DNA of 64,000 nucleotides, taken from positions 3,255 through 67,254 of the forward strand of contig CAYZYT010000008.1 in the NCBI GenBank assembly GCA_964482725.1, given 5' to 3'. The notes beneath the pieces were generated by a model. It was not told where the DNA came from, searched no databases, and saw nothing but the letters and a program-made list of their open reading frames with translations. Below, one piece after another: positions 9,644 to 17,820 of this stretch (position 1 is the first letter of the stretch; each line of letters opens with the position of its first letter). The DNA comes from an uncultured bacterium (GTDB lineage: Bacteria > Omnitrophota > Omnitrophia > Omnitrophales > Aquincolibacteriaceae). Position numbers and translations under genes: made by a program.

Positions 9644-11431
9644 CTATTTTTTTGCCGCAGCCGCGAGTTTATCCGCAAGCGTTCGGTATTCCTGCCAGAT
9701 CGCCTCGGGCATATGGGAGCCGAACTGCTCAAGGTATTTCTCGATCTCCTTGAGTTCGTCGGCCCATTCCGAAGGGTTCACGGAAAAAAGCTGCTCGATC
9801 TTATCCTGCGGGATGTTGAGCCCCGAGAGATCGAAGTCCTGGGTCTCCGGGATGATCCCGATCGGTGTTTCTTTGGCGCCTCCCTTGCCGTCAATGCGGT
9901 CGATGATCCACTTCATGACGCGGATATTATCCCCGAAGCCCGGCCAAATGAATTTGCCGTTCTCGTCGGTGCGGAACCAGTTGATGGAGTAGATCTTGGG
10001 CGCGTGCTTGAGCTTTTTCCCGAAATTGAGCCAGTGCGCGAAATAGTCGCCCATGTTGTAACCGCAGAAGGGAAGCATCGCCATGGGATCGCGGCGCGTG
10101 GCGCCGACCGTAAGCGCCGAAGCGGCGGCAGTGATCTCCGAGCCCATGCGGGTTCCGATAAAAACACCCTGCTGCCAGTTCAGGGCTTCAGCGACGAGCG
10201 GGACGAGTTTCGCGCGCTTTCCGCCAAAAAGGATCGCCGAGATGGGAACCCCTTGCGGGTTGTCGACTTCTTTGGAAAGGCTGGGGCAGTTATACATGGA
10301 GACCGTGAACCGGGAATTGGGATGTGCGGCCTTGGTTCCTTTGGAAGCGTCCCAAGGATCCCCTTTCCAATCCTCGACATTTTTTGGGACGGCGCCGTCG
10401 AGTCCTTCCCACCAAGGTTCGTTCGTGTCCTTATCGATCGCGGTGTTCGTGAAAAGCGTCGGGAAGAATTTGTTATTCTTGAGAGTTTCCACCATTTTTG
10501 GATTTGTCTTAAGCGATGTCCCCGGAGCGACCCCGAAGAATCCGGCCTCGGGATTGATCGCGTAGAGCCGTCCATCCGGACCGATGTTGAGCCAGGCGAT
10601 ATCATCGCCGACGGTCCAGACCTTGTAACCCGGGAGCGCGGACTGCATGAGCGCCAGATTCGTTTTCCCGCAAGCTGAGGGGAGTGCTGCTGCGATATAA
10701 GTGACTTTGCCCTTGGGGTCTTCGATCCCCATGATGAGCATGTGCTCGGCGAGCCAGCCTTCTTTTTGTCCGAGGCAGGACGCGATGCGAAGCGCAAAGC
10801 ATTTCTTCCCGAGAAGCGCGTTTCCGCCGTAGCCGGAGCCGAAGCTTTGAACAAGGTTCTCTTGGGGATAATGCATGATGAAACGGCGTTCAGGATTGAG
10901 ATCGCCGATCGAGTGGAGACCGCGCACGAAATTTTCGGTGTTCCCGATACGCTCAAGCGCTTCGTTGCCCATGCGGGTCATGATGCGCATGCTGACGGCG
11001 ACGTAGCAGTTGTCCGTCAACTGGACACAGGCTTTGGCGTAAGGGGATTTCGGATGTCCCATCATGTAAGGCATGACATACATCGTGCGGCCTTTCATGC
11101 AGCCGTCGAAGAGGCCGGCCATTTTGGCCTTGGCTTCTTTCGGGTCCATCCAGTTGTTGTTGGGTCCCGCCATTTCTTTGTCGGGATGGCAGATAAAAGT
11201 CAGCTGCTCTGTTCGCGCGACGTCATTGGGATGAGAATGATGATAATAAGCATTCGGCCAGGTCTTGTCGTTCAACTTTTCGAAAATGGGTTTTCCATTG
11301 AGTCGCTCTTCCTTGATGCCGACCTCGATCAGTCTCTTGGCTTCGGCTTCCGTGCCGTCGCACCAGTAGATCTTGGAAGGCTTGGTCAGTTTGGCTTGTT
11401 CTTCTACCCATTTTTCAAGCGGCGTCGTCAT
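9644..11431 (-). CDS. pckG: phosphoenolpyruvate carboxykinase (GTP)
   Basis: Motifs GSGYGGNALLGKKC and PSACGKTNLAM typical of GTP-PEPCK. Start placed at MTTPLEKW, preceded by GGAG, rather than at the longer ORF start at 11635. Confidence 0.9.
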   Translation of the reverse strand: MTTPLEKWVEEQAKLTKPSKIYWCDGTEAEAKRLIEVGIKEERLNGKPIFEKLNDKTWPNAYYHHSHPNDVARTEQLTFICHPDKEMAGPNNNWMDPKEAKAKMAGLFDGCMKGRTMYVMPYMMGHPKSPYAKACVQLTDNCYVAVSMRIMTRMGNEALERIGNTENFVRGLHSIGDLNPERRFIMHYPQENLVQSFGSGYGGNALLGKKCFALRIASCLGQKEGWLAEHMLIMGIEDPKGKVTYIAAALPSACGKTNLALMQSALPGYKVWTVGDDIAWLNIGPDGRLYAINPEAGFFGVAPGTSLKTNPKMVETLKNNKFFPTLFTNTAIDKDTNEPWWEGLDGAVPKNVEDWKGDPWDASKGTKAAHPNSRFTVSMYNCPSLSKEVDNPQGVPISAILFGGKRAKLVPLVAEALNWQQGVFIGTRMGSEITAAASALTVGATRRDPMAMLPFCGYNMGDYFAHWLNFGKKLKHAPKIYSINWFRTDENGKFIWPGFGDNIRVMKWIIDRIDGKGGAKETPIGIIPETQDFDLSGLNIPQDKIEQLFSVNPSEWADELKEIEKYLEQFGSHMPEAIWQEYRTLADKLAAAAKK

Positions 11432-11440
11432 TTTAAAGCT

Positions 11441-11570
11441 CCTTTTAGAGGGAATTGGACCTTGGACGCGGTCCCAATACCAATCCATCGAAGGGAAACT
11501 GAGATTGGGGCCGTCCCAATTATCATTTAGAAAACGAAATGTGAAATTTGGACGGATGAAGTCTACCGAT
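11441..11570. repeat. intergenic repeat element (GCGGTCCCAATACC core plus hairpin), copy R3, in the pckG 5' region
   Basis: Shares GCGGTCCCAATACCAATC, ATTGGGGCCGTCCCAA and TTGGACGG words with the copies at 26690-26763, 34246-34372 and 41180-41235. Confidence 0.55.
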
Positions 11571-11618
11571 GTAGAGTGATTTTGCAAGCGGTTTTTAACA
11601 AGAAGTGAGTTTGTGAGA

Positions 11619-12395
11619 TCAACCGTTTTCTTCAAGAAAACGTGTTACCCGGATCACCAGCCTTCGGGGGAATAAACGGACCAGGATCACCGTCAGTTTG
11701 TTCATAAATCCCGGGATGACAAGCCGTTTGCCTTTCATCAATCCGCGATAAGCTGCTGCGACTGCAGGCGCGGCTTCCATCGCAAAAGCATTTTCCCGGA
11801 TGTTCTCGGTGTTCGACTGCTTCTGGAATTGTGTCCGGGTGGGCCCGGGGCAAAAAGCCGTGACCGTGACGCCGGTTCCCGCGAGCTCTTCCGCAAGGGC
11901 TTCGGTGAAGGAAAGGACATACGCCTTGGAGGCAAAGTAGCAGGCCATGAAGGGGCCGGGTTGGAAGGCCGCCGTCGACGCGACGTTTAGGATCATGCCC
12001 CGGCCTTTCTGGAGCATCTCAGGAAGAAAGAGGCGTGTCAAATGGGTCACAGTCATTATGTTGAGTCTGAGCATGTCTTCGGTGGTTTTCCAGTCGGTCT
12101 CGGGGAAAAATCCGTGAACGCCAAAGCCGGCATTGTTCACCAGGATCTCGATAGCGATCTTTTGCTCATCCATCGCGGCTCGGAGTTCCGCCGCAGCCGC
12201 GGGAAGACTCAGGTCTTTAAAGATCGTTCTTACGTCGACGCCTCCCGCCGAACTTAATTCTTGGGCGAGTGCGCCTAAACGGGGTTCATTGCGGTCGACG
12301 AGAACGACGGGATATCCGTCTCGGACAAAAAGCCGGGCGAATTCCCGGCCCAAGCCCTCGGCGGCCCCGGTGATGAGCGCGTATTCTTTTTTCAT
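11619..12395 (-). CDS. short-chain dehydrogenase/reductase with hydrophobic C-terminal tail; candidate 3-ketodihydrosphingosine reductase (by context)
   Basis: TGAAEGLG Rossmann motif and YFASKAY (YxxxK). Start at MKKEY (12395), 25 nt downstream of the Spt-like gene stop. C-terminal LVIPGFMNKLTVILVRLFPRRLVI is hydrophobic. Confidence 0.75.
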   Translation of the reverse strand: MKKEYALITGAAEGLGREFARLFVRDGYPVVLVDRNEPRLGALAQELSSAGGVDVRTIFKDLSLPAAAAELRAAMDEQKIAIEILVNNAGFGVHGFFPETDWKTTEDMLRLNIMTVTHLTRLFLPEMLQKGRGMILNVASTAAFQPGPFMACYFASKAYVLSFTEALAEELAGTGVTVTAFCPGPTRTQFQKQSNTENIRENAFAMEAAPAVAAAYRGLMKGKRLVIPGFMNKLTVILVRLFPRRLVIRVTRFLEENG

Positions 12396-12420
12396 GATCG
12401 TTTCCCGGAGGGTTCTCAGA

Positions 12421-13647
12421 TCAGGAGCGTATAACGCCGAGCGATTTCGCGATCCTTGCAAAAACGTTGATGGCGCGTTCGATCTCTTGCAAAGAATGGC
12501 CCGCGGTCACGGTGGTGCGGATCCGGGTGGTGTTGGGCTGGACGGCGGGGGGAAGAATCGGCACAATGAAAATTCCCTCCTGTCTTGCGATGCGGGTCAT
12601 CTCCAAAGCTTTTGCATCGTTGCCGATGATGATCGGGACAATGGGGCTTTGGCTTTTTAAAGTGTCAAAGCCGTTTGCGTGGAGCGTTTTGATGAAGTAG
12701 TGCATGTTTTCATGAAGCTTTTTTACGCGCCATGTTTCTTCCTCAATGACCTCAAAAGAGGCCTTGGCGGCCGCGGCGGAGGCCGGAGGCAGGGAGGCGG
12801 AAAAAATAAAGGGACGGATCGAATGGCGCAGATAGTTGATGAGTTTGGAATTCCCGGCGATATAACCGCCGATCGAAGGGATCGTTTTGCTCAAGGTTCC
12901 CATTTTGATATCGATGAGGCCTTCCGCCGGATCGATCCCGAAATGTTCCTCGATGCCGGTGCCTTTTTTCCCGAGAACGCCCAGCGAATGAGCTTCATCG
13001 ATCATGAGAAGGGCTTTGTATTTCCGGCAAAGGCGGATCACTTCCGGGAGGTTGATGATATCGCCGTCCATGCTGAAGACGGCATCGGCCACCACGAGTT
13101 TGGCCCCTTTCTTGGGGGCCTCGCTGAGGGTCTTTTCAAGGGATTCCATATCATTGTGCTCAAACCTCAGAAAATGAGCCCTTGAGAGGATGCAGCCGTC
13201 CACGATGCTCGCATGGTTGACCTTGTCAGAAATAACCACATCGTTACGACCGAGAAGAGCGGAGATCGTCCCGGAATTGGCGCCGTAACCCGTCGAAAGA
13301 GCGATCGCCTCCTCGGTTTTCTTGAAAGAAGCGATCTTTTTTTCGAGTTCCAGATGAATGCGGGTGGTTCCCGTCAGGAACCGGACCCCGTGAGTGCCGG
13401 TCCCGAATTCTTCAATGGCTTTTTTGGCGGCGGCATTGATCTTCGGATGTCCCAAAAGATCTAGATAAGAATAGGATGAAAATTGAAGCAGGGGGCGGCC
13501 CTGGATCGTGATGTGAACGCCGTCCACGGCGTCTGAAGAATGCATGTAGGGATACACATCCTGTTCCTTAGCTTTCCGAATGCGGGTGTTCAGCATCTCG
13601 ATCCGGGCGAGGAAAGTTCTTTGACCAAAATTTTCGGATTTATTCAT
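12421..13647 (-). CDS. alpha-oxoamine synthase family PLP enzyme, most similar to serine palmitoyltransferase (Kbl/BioF alternatives not excluded)
   Basis: FSSYSYL, TLSKTIPSIGGY (PLP lysine) and RPFIFSASLPPA resemble Sphingomonas Spt (RPYIFTASLPPS, TFSKSVG). The C-terminus also resembles Kbl. 408 aa with an N-terminal extension of about 45 aa. Confidence 0.8.
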   Translation of the reverse strand: MNKSENFGQRTFLARIEMLNTRIRKAKEQDVYPYMHSSDAVDGVHITIQGRPLLQFSSYSYLDLLGHPKINAAAKKAIEEFGTGTHGVRFLTGTTRIHLELEKKIASFKKTEEAIALSTGYGANSGTISALLGRNDVVISDKVNHASIVDGCILSRAHFLRFEHNDMESLEKTLSEAPKKGAKLVVADAVFSMDGDIINLPEVIRLCRKYKALLMIDEAHSLGVLGKKGTGIEEHFGIDPAEGLIDIKMGTLSKTIPSIGGYIAGNSKLINYLRHSIRPFIFSASLPPASAAAAKASFEVIEEETWRVKKLHENMHYFIKTLHANGFDTLKSQSPIVPIIIGNDAKALEMTRIARQEGIFIVPILPPAVQPNTTRIRTTVTAGHSLQEIERAINVFARIAKSLGVIRS

Positions 13648-13652
13648 GAGAT

Positions 13653-14210
13653 TTATTCCTTCACTAAGAAAAGTTGACTGTTGTGAACTTTATAGAACAT
13701 GGGCGCGACTTTAACTTTAGGGTAACGAAGACGAAGCCGCTTCACCTCGCTTAAGACGAAATCCGTTTCATTGCCGATCTCGAAGAGGTGGGAAGAGATC
13801 CTGAAATGTTCTTCAGCGTCCTTTTTCTTCCAACCACCTTTTTTGACGAGCCCTTTGATGAACAGGTCTTTGCGCGCGGGGAGGTTGACCATCCCGCAGT
13901 GGTCGTGGGTGATCAGCGCGATATGAGAAACACCGCCAACCGCGATCGCATAAGAGACTTTGAACTCGCTGTAACGGAGATTCGCACCGCCCGTTCGCAG
14001 CACGAAAGCGAAATTGTCGGGGATATGCAGAAGCTTGCGGCTGTCCATGCACATGCCGATGAGCAGTTGCGCTTGAGAATAGGGCTTGAAAGGGCGGCCA
14101 AGATTCTGGTATTCCAGGAGACGTCCGATCGGAGTGTTCCTGTATTTGGTCGGGATGTCCGAGATTTTTTGGATCGAAATAAGACGGCGCATGTATTTCC
14201 AATAATCCAT
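13653..14210 (-). CDS. beta-class carbonic anhydrase-like protein
   Basis: CMDSR (CxDSR) and HDHCGM (HxxCG) zinc-ligand motifs. Stop lies 5 nt before the Spt-like start, so it is probably co-transcribed. Confidence 0.65.
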   Translation of the reverse strand: MDYWKYMRRLISIQKISDIPTKYRNTPIGRLLEYQNLGRPFKPYSQAQLLIGMCMDSRKLLHIPDNFAFVLRTGGANLRYSEFKVSYAIAVGGVSHIALITHDHCGMVNLPARKDLFIKGLVKKGGWKKKDAEEHFRISSHLFEIGNETDFVLSEVKRLRLRYPKVKVAPMFYKVHNSQLFLVKE

Positions 14211-14516
14211 TCTTGAACCGCTGCAAAAAAACGAGTGAGAAAATCGAGCCCCTGACCCCTAATCGCCGCAATCAGGCTCTTGAGTTCGACAAAGTTTATC
14301 CATCTTTGACCGAGATGTCCATAAAATCTAAGGGTTTGTCCGGCCCAAGAAGTTTTTTACAACAGCGGGTGTAGAAAAGCATAGATAGCTGCTTGGGGGT
14401 TGGGGGAGGTAGAATGGGTTTGTGAGAAAAAGGACAAAGGTGGGAAGGTCGTTTTCGTTTTTTTCCTTCTCCAACAGAAGGATTTAAGATAGACTTTTGC
14501 GCGAAAGTGGCCTTGA

Positions 14517-15974
14517 ATGACGGAGAGAAATGTCGTGAGCGAAAGAACTTCTGTTCCTGTGGATGTCAACGCGATCATGGAAAAAGCGGCCTGTGCGGCG
14601 GCCGTTTTTAGCCAGTTGGACCAAGCGCACACTGACCGGATCGTCCGGGCGGTGTATGAAGCGGGCTTTAATAATCGCGTTCGATTGGCCAAGCATGCCG
14701 TGGAAGAGACGGGGGTCGGGAACTGGCAGGACAAGGTTCTTAAAAACGTAGTGGCCACCCAGCTTGTCTACGATGATATCAAGGATCATAAAACCGTCGG
14801 GATCATTTCCGAGGACAAGGAGCGCGGGATCACGGAGATCGCCCAGCCGCTCGGCCCCATTTTTGCGGTGATCCCGGTGACGAACCCGACCTCGACGGTG
14901 ATGTTCAAGATCCTGATCGCGCTGAAGACGAGAAACCCCATTATTATTCATCCTCACTCGCGTGCCCTGCAATGTTCCCAAGAGGCCGCCCGTATTTGCT
15001 ATAACGCGGCGCTTGCGGAAGATGCTCCGGAAGATTGCATCCAGTGGCTGGATAAAACGTCGCGCGAAGAAACCCATAAGCTGATGCAGCATCCCAAGCT
15101 GGCGCTGATCCTGGCGACCGGCGGCGGAAGCCTTGTCAATGCCGCCTACAGCTCGGGAACGCCGGCGCTCGGAGTCGGTGCCGGGAACGTGCCGGTCTTT
15201 ATTGAAAGAAGCGCGGACATCTCCTTCGCCGTAGAACAGATCCTCATTTCAAAAACATTCGACAACGGGACGGTCTGCGCCAGCGAGCAAGCCCTTGTTG
15301 TGGAGCGGCCGCTTGCCGAAAAAGTGATCGAGGAATTCAAGAAAAGAAACGCCCGCGTGCTTTCCGATGACGAGGTCCGGCGCCTTGAAAAAATAGCGTA
15401 TGACCCGGAGCGCATGATCATGACCATGGCCGTGGTGGGAAAAACGGCGCCGGAGATTGCAAAGCTTGCGGGGATCGATGTCCCGCCCCAAACAACACTT
15501 CTCATTGCGCCGCTTGAGGGGATCGGAAGGGCCCATCCTCTTTCGGCGGAGATCCTGGCGCCTATTCTTGCGTTCTATGTCGCCGAAGATTTCGAGCATG
15601 CGGTCAACCTGTGCATCGACCTCAACTATTTTGGCGGGATCGGGCATACGGTGAGCTTGTTTTCCAATGACGAGGCGAAGATCAAAAAATTTGCCTCGGT
15701 CATGAACGCGGGCCGCGTGGTCGTGAATTTGCCTTCATCCCAGGGAGCGGTCGGCGGGATCTATAACACGCTTCACCCGTCATTTACGCTGGGCTGCGGC
15801 ACCGGCGGCAAGAACATCACGACAGACAACATCACGACGAAGCATCTGCTGAATATCCAGCGTATCAGCCGGCGCCGTGTGAACCGGCGCCTCGAGAGCT
15901 TCGACAAAGCGCATTATCTGGATGAATCCCTGGATGCCAAAGCCATTGAAAAGGAATTTAACCGGAACTTCTGA
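14517..15974 (+). CDS. CoA-acylating aldehyde dehydrogenase (EutE/PduP/AdhE-N family)
   Basis: 485 aa. Catalytic-Cys motif FDNGTVCASEQ and overall ALDH-fold pattern. Confidence 0.85.
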   Translation: MTERNVVSERTSVPVDVNAIMEKAACAAAVFSQLDQAHTDRIVRAVYEAGFNNRVRLAKHAVEETGVGNWQDKVLKNVVATQLVYDDIKDHKTVGIISEDKERGITEIAQPLGPIFAVIPVTNPTSTVMFKILIALKTRNPIIIHPHSRALQCSQEAARICYNAALAEDAPEDCIQWLDKTSREETHKLMQHPKLALILATGGGSLVNAAYSSGTPALGVGAGNVPVFIERSADISFAVEQILISKTFDNGTVCASEQALVVERPLAEKVIEEFKKRNARVLSDDEVRRLEKIAYDPERMIMTMAVVGKTAPEIAKLAGIDVPPQTTLLIAPLEGIGRAHPLSAEILAPILAFYVAEDFEHAVNLCIDLNYFGGIGHTVSLFSNDEAKIKKFASVMNAGRVVVNLPSSQGAVGGIYNTLHPSFTLGCGTGGKNITTDNITTKHLLNIQRISRRRVNRRLESFDKAHYLDESLDAKAIEKEFNRNF

Positions 15975-16043
15975 AAGCCTCTAACGAAATGCGTCATGCT
16001 GTTCGGCGCTCGAGGCGCATTGCCAACGGAACGGGAGGAATGC

Positions 16044-16337
16044 ATGGTCAACTACATCGACGGGACGGAGAAGCTCATCTGCTGCTTTGAAGACCGGATG
16101 GATACGGTCCAATGCCTGGCCGTCGAAAAAGAGATCTTTGAGAAGATCCAGGGCGTGGGGATTCCCGTTGTTTTTGATCTCGAGAAAGTCGTTTATATCG
16201 CATCTTCGTTCTTGCGTATTTGCATCCGGGCCTGCAAAACGGTCGGTGCGGAAAGATTTTCATTGGTCCATGTGTGCCCCGAGATCAAAAAGGTTTTTAA
16301 AATCGCGGGTTTCGACAGGCAGATCAATATTCAGTGA
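16044..16337 (+). CDS. STAS-domain anti-sigma-factor antagonist (RsbV/SpoIIAA-like) 1
   Basis: About 97 aa. VVFDLEKVVYIASSFL segment with the conserved Ser. GGAGG RBS before the ATG at 16044. Confidence 0.7.
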   Translation: MVNYIDGTEKLICCFEDRMDTVQCLAVEKEIFEKIQGVGIPVVFDLEKVVYIASSFLRICIRACKTVGAERFSLVHVCPEIKKVFKIAGFDRQINIQ

Positions 16338-16391
16338 TCGCACCGTTAATCTTTCCGGAAATGAGACCGGTTTAAACAAAGGAGGAATTCC

Positions 16392-16787
16392 ATGGCATTC
16401 AGCGTTAAGATCGAGAACCGTGAAGCAGGCACGTGCGTGATGGCTCTTGAGGGCCGGCTGGACGCCACGACGTACCTTTCCCTTGAAGAAAAGATGAATA
16501 CTCTCCCGGGAACCAAAATCAAGGCGTTGGTACTGGACTTGGGGAAACTGGCTTATATTTCGAGCGCCGGCGTGCGCGTGATCCTGAAAGCCCGGAAAAT
16601 GATGGCAGCCGTCAGCGGCACCCTTCTGATGACGAACCCCCAGCCGCAGATCCGGAAAGTTTTCGAGATCGTCAATGCGCTTCCCGATACGCCGATCTTT
16701 GAAAGTGTCGAGGAGGCCGATCAGTATCTCGATACCATGCAGAGGGAAGAAATTGAAAAGCAAAGGCGTCTTTCGGATCCGCAATAG
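16392..16787 (+). CDS. STAS-domain anti-sigma-factor antagonist (RsbV/SpoIIAA-like) 2
   Basis: LVLDLGKLAYISSAGVRVIL with a phosphorylatable Ser. AAAGGAGG RBS. Confidence 0.8.
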   Translation: MAFSVKIENREAGTCVMALEGRLDATTYLSLEEKMNTLPGTKIKALVLDLGKLAYISSAGVRVILKARKMMAAVSGTLLMTNPQPQIRKVFEIVNALPDTPIFESVEEADQYLDTMQREEIEKQRRLSDPQ

Positions 16788-16797
16788 ACCTTCCTTG

Positions 16798-17820
16798 ATG
16801 CCTCCGACCCACCGGGGTTCTTTAACGAAGCTTCTTACGGCCTTTTTTTTTGTCGCCGTCCTTCTGTCCTTCGTCCCCCCCTCACTTTTTGCCGAGGAGA
16901 ACGTTTCTCTTAAAAAAGTAACCTTCATGACCTTGTGGCTTCCTCAGGCGCAATTCGCCGGTTTCTATGCCGCGCAGAAGAAGGGGATCTATAAGAAATA
17001 CGGTCTTGATGTCACGATCCTTCACGGGGGGCCGAGCCGGTCTCCGTACGATTTTCTTGAGAAGGGCAGGGTCTCTCTGGCGATGCTGTGGCTGGCCACC
17101 GGGATCGAGAAACGCGCACAGGGAGCGAAGATCGTCAATGTCGCCCAGTTGTCACAAAAAGCGGCGTTGATGCTCGTCGCTAAAAAAGAGAGCGGGATCA
17201 AAGAACCCAAGGATCTTGAGGGGAAGAAGGTCGGGCTTTGGGACGAGATCTACCAGGTCCAGCCGCGCGCGTTCTTCGAGAAATTCGGACTTCACGTGAA
17301 AGTGGTTCCGCAGTCCTATTCCGTCAACATGTTCCTGCGGGGTGGCGTTGACGTGGCTTCTGCGATGTGGTTCAACGAATATCACACGATCCTGGCGTCG
17401 GGCGTGGACCCGGAAGAGCTCACGACGATCTTTTTTTCTGAGCATAGTCTGAACTTTCCTGAAGACGGGCTTTACGTCCTGGAAGCGACGCTGGCAAAAG
17501 ATCCCGAGCGCGTCGCCGCGTTCGTGAAGGCGTCCCTGGAAGGATGGCAGTATGCGTTCGACCACCCGGAGGAAGTGCTGGTCCTGGTGATGCGGAACAT
17601 GAAAGAAGCGCATGTCCCCGCGAGTCTCGCGCATCAGAAATGGATGCTCGCGCGGATGAAGGACCTTATGCAGCCGGCCGGAGGAAAGCGCCTGCCGGGA
17701 ACGCTTGCCGAGGAAGATTTTAAGCGGACGGGCGAGGCCTTGAAAAAGAGCGGACTGATCGCCACGGTTCCGCGCTTCGAGGAATTCTACAAGTTCGGGG
17801 GGATCCGGGATGAAGGATAA
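16798..17820 (+). CDS. periplasmic substrate-binding protein, NMT1/THI5 (NitT/TauT) family
   Basis: Signal peptide LLTAFFFVAVLLSFVPPSLFA followed by an NMT1-like fold pattern (LPQAQFAGFYAAQKKG...). Start at the internal ATG is uncertain. Confidence 0.7.
   Translation: MPPTHRGSLTKLLTAFFFVAVLLSFVPPSLFAEENVSLKKVTFMTLWLPQAQFAGFYAAQKKGIYKKYGLDVTILHGGPSRSPYDFLEKGRVSLAMLWLATGIEKRAQGAKIVNVAQLSQKAALMLVAKKESGIKEPKDLEGKKVGLWDEIYQVQPRAFFEKFGLHVKVVPQSYSVNMFLRGGVDVASAMWFNEYHTILASGVDPEELTTIFFSEHSLNFPEDGLYVLEATLAKDPERVAAFVKASLEGWQYAFDHPEEVLVLVMRNMKEAHVPASLAHQKWMLARMKDLMQPAGGKRLPGTLAEEDFKRTGEALKKSGLIATVPRFEEFYKFGGIRDEG

Noticed and set aside
12421-13647. Assigning the alpha-oxoamine synthase as BioF (biotin synthesis)
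   Set aside because: No bioA/bioD/bioB neighbours. Motifs (SASLPP, TLSK) and the adjacent membrane-tailed SDR fit Spt/KDSR better. Kbl remains a live alternative and is flagged in the call.
16675-16797. N-terminal 41 residues of the SBP ORF (start at 16675)
   Set aside because: That region overlaps the 3' end of the STAS2 gene in another frame. The signal peptide begins after the internal Met at 16798.
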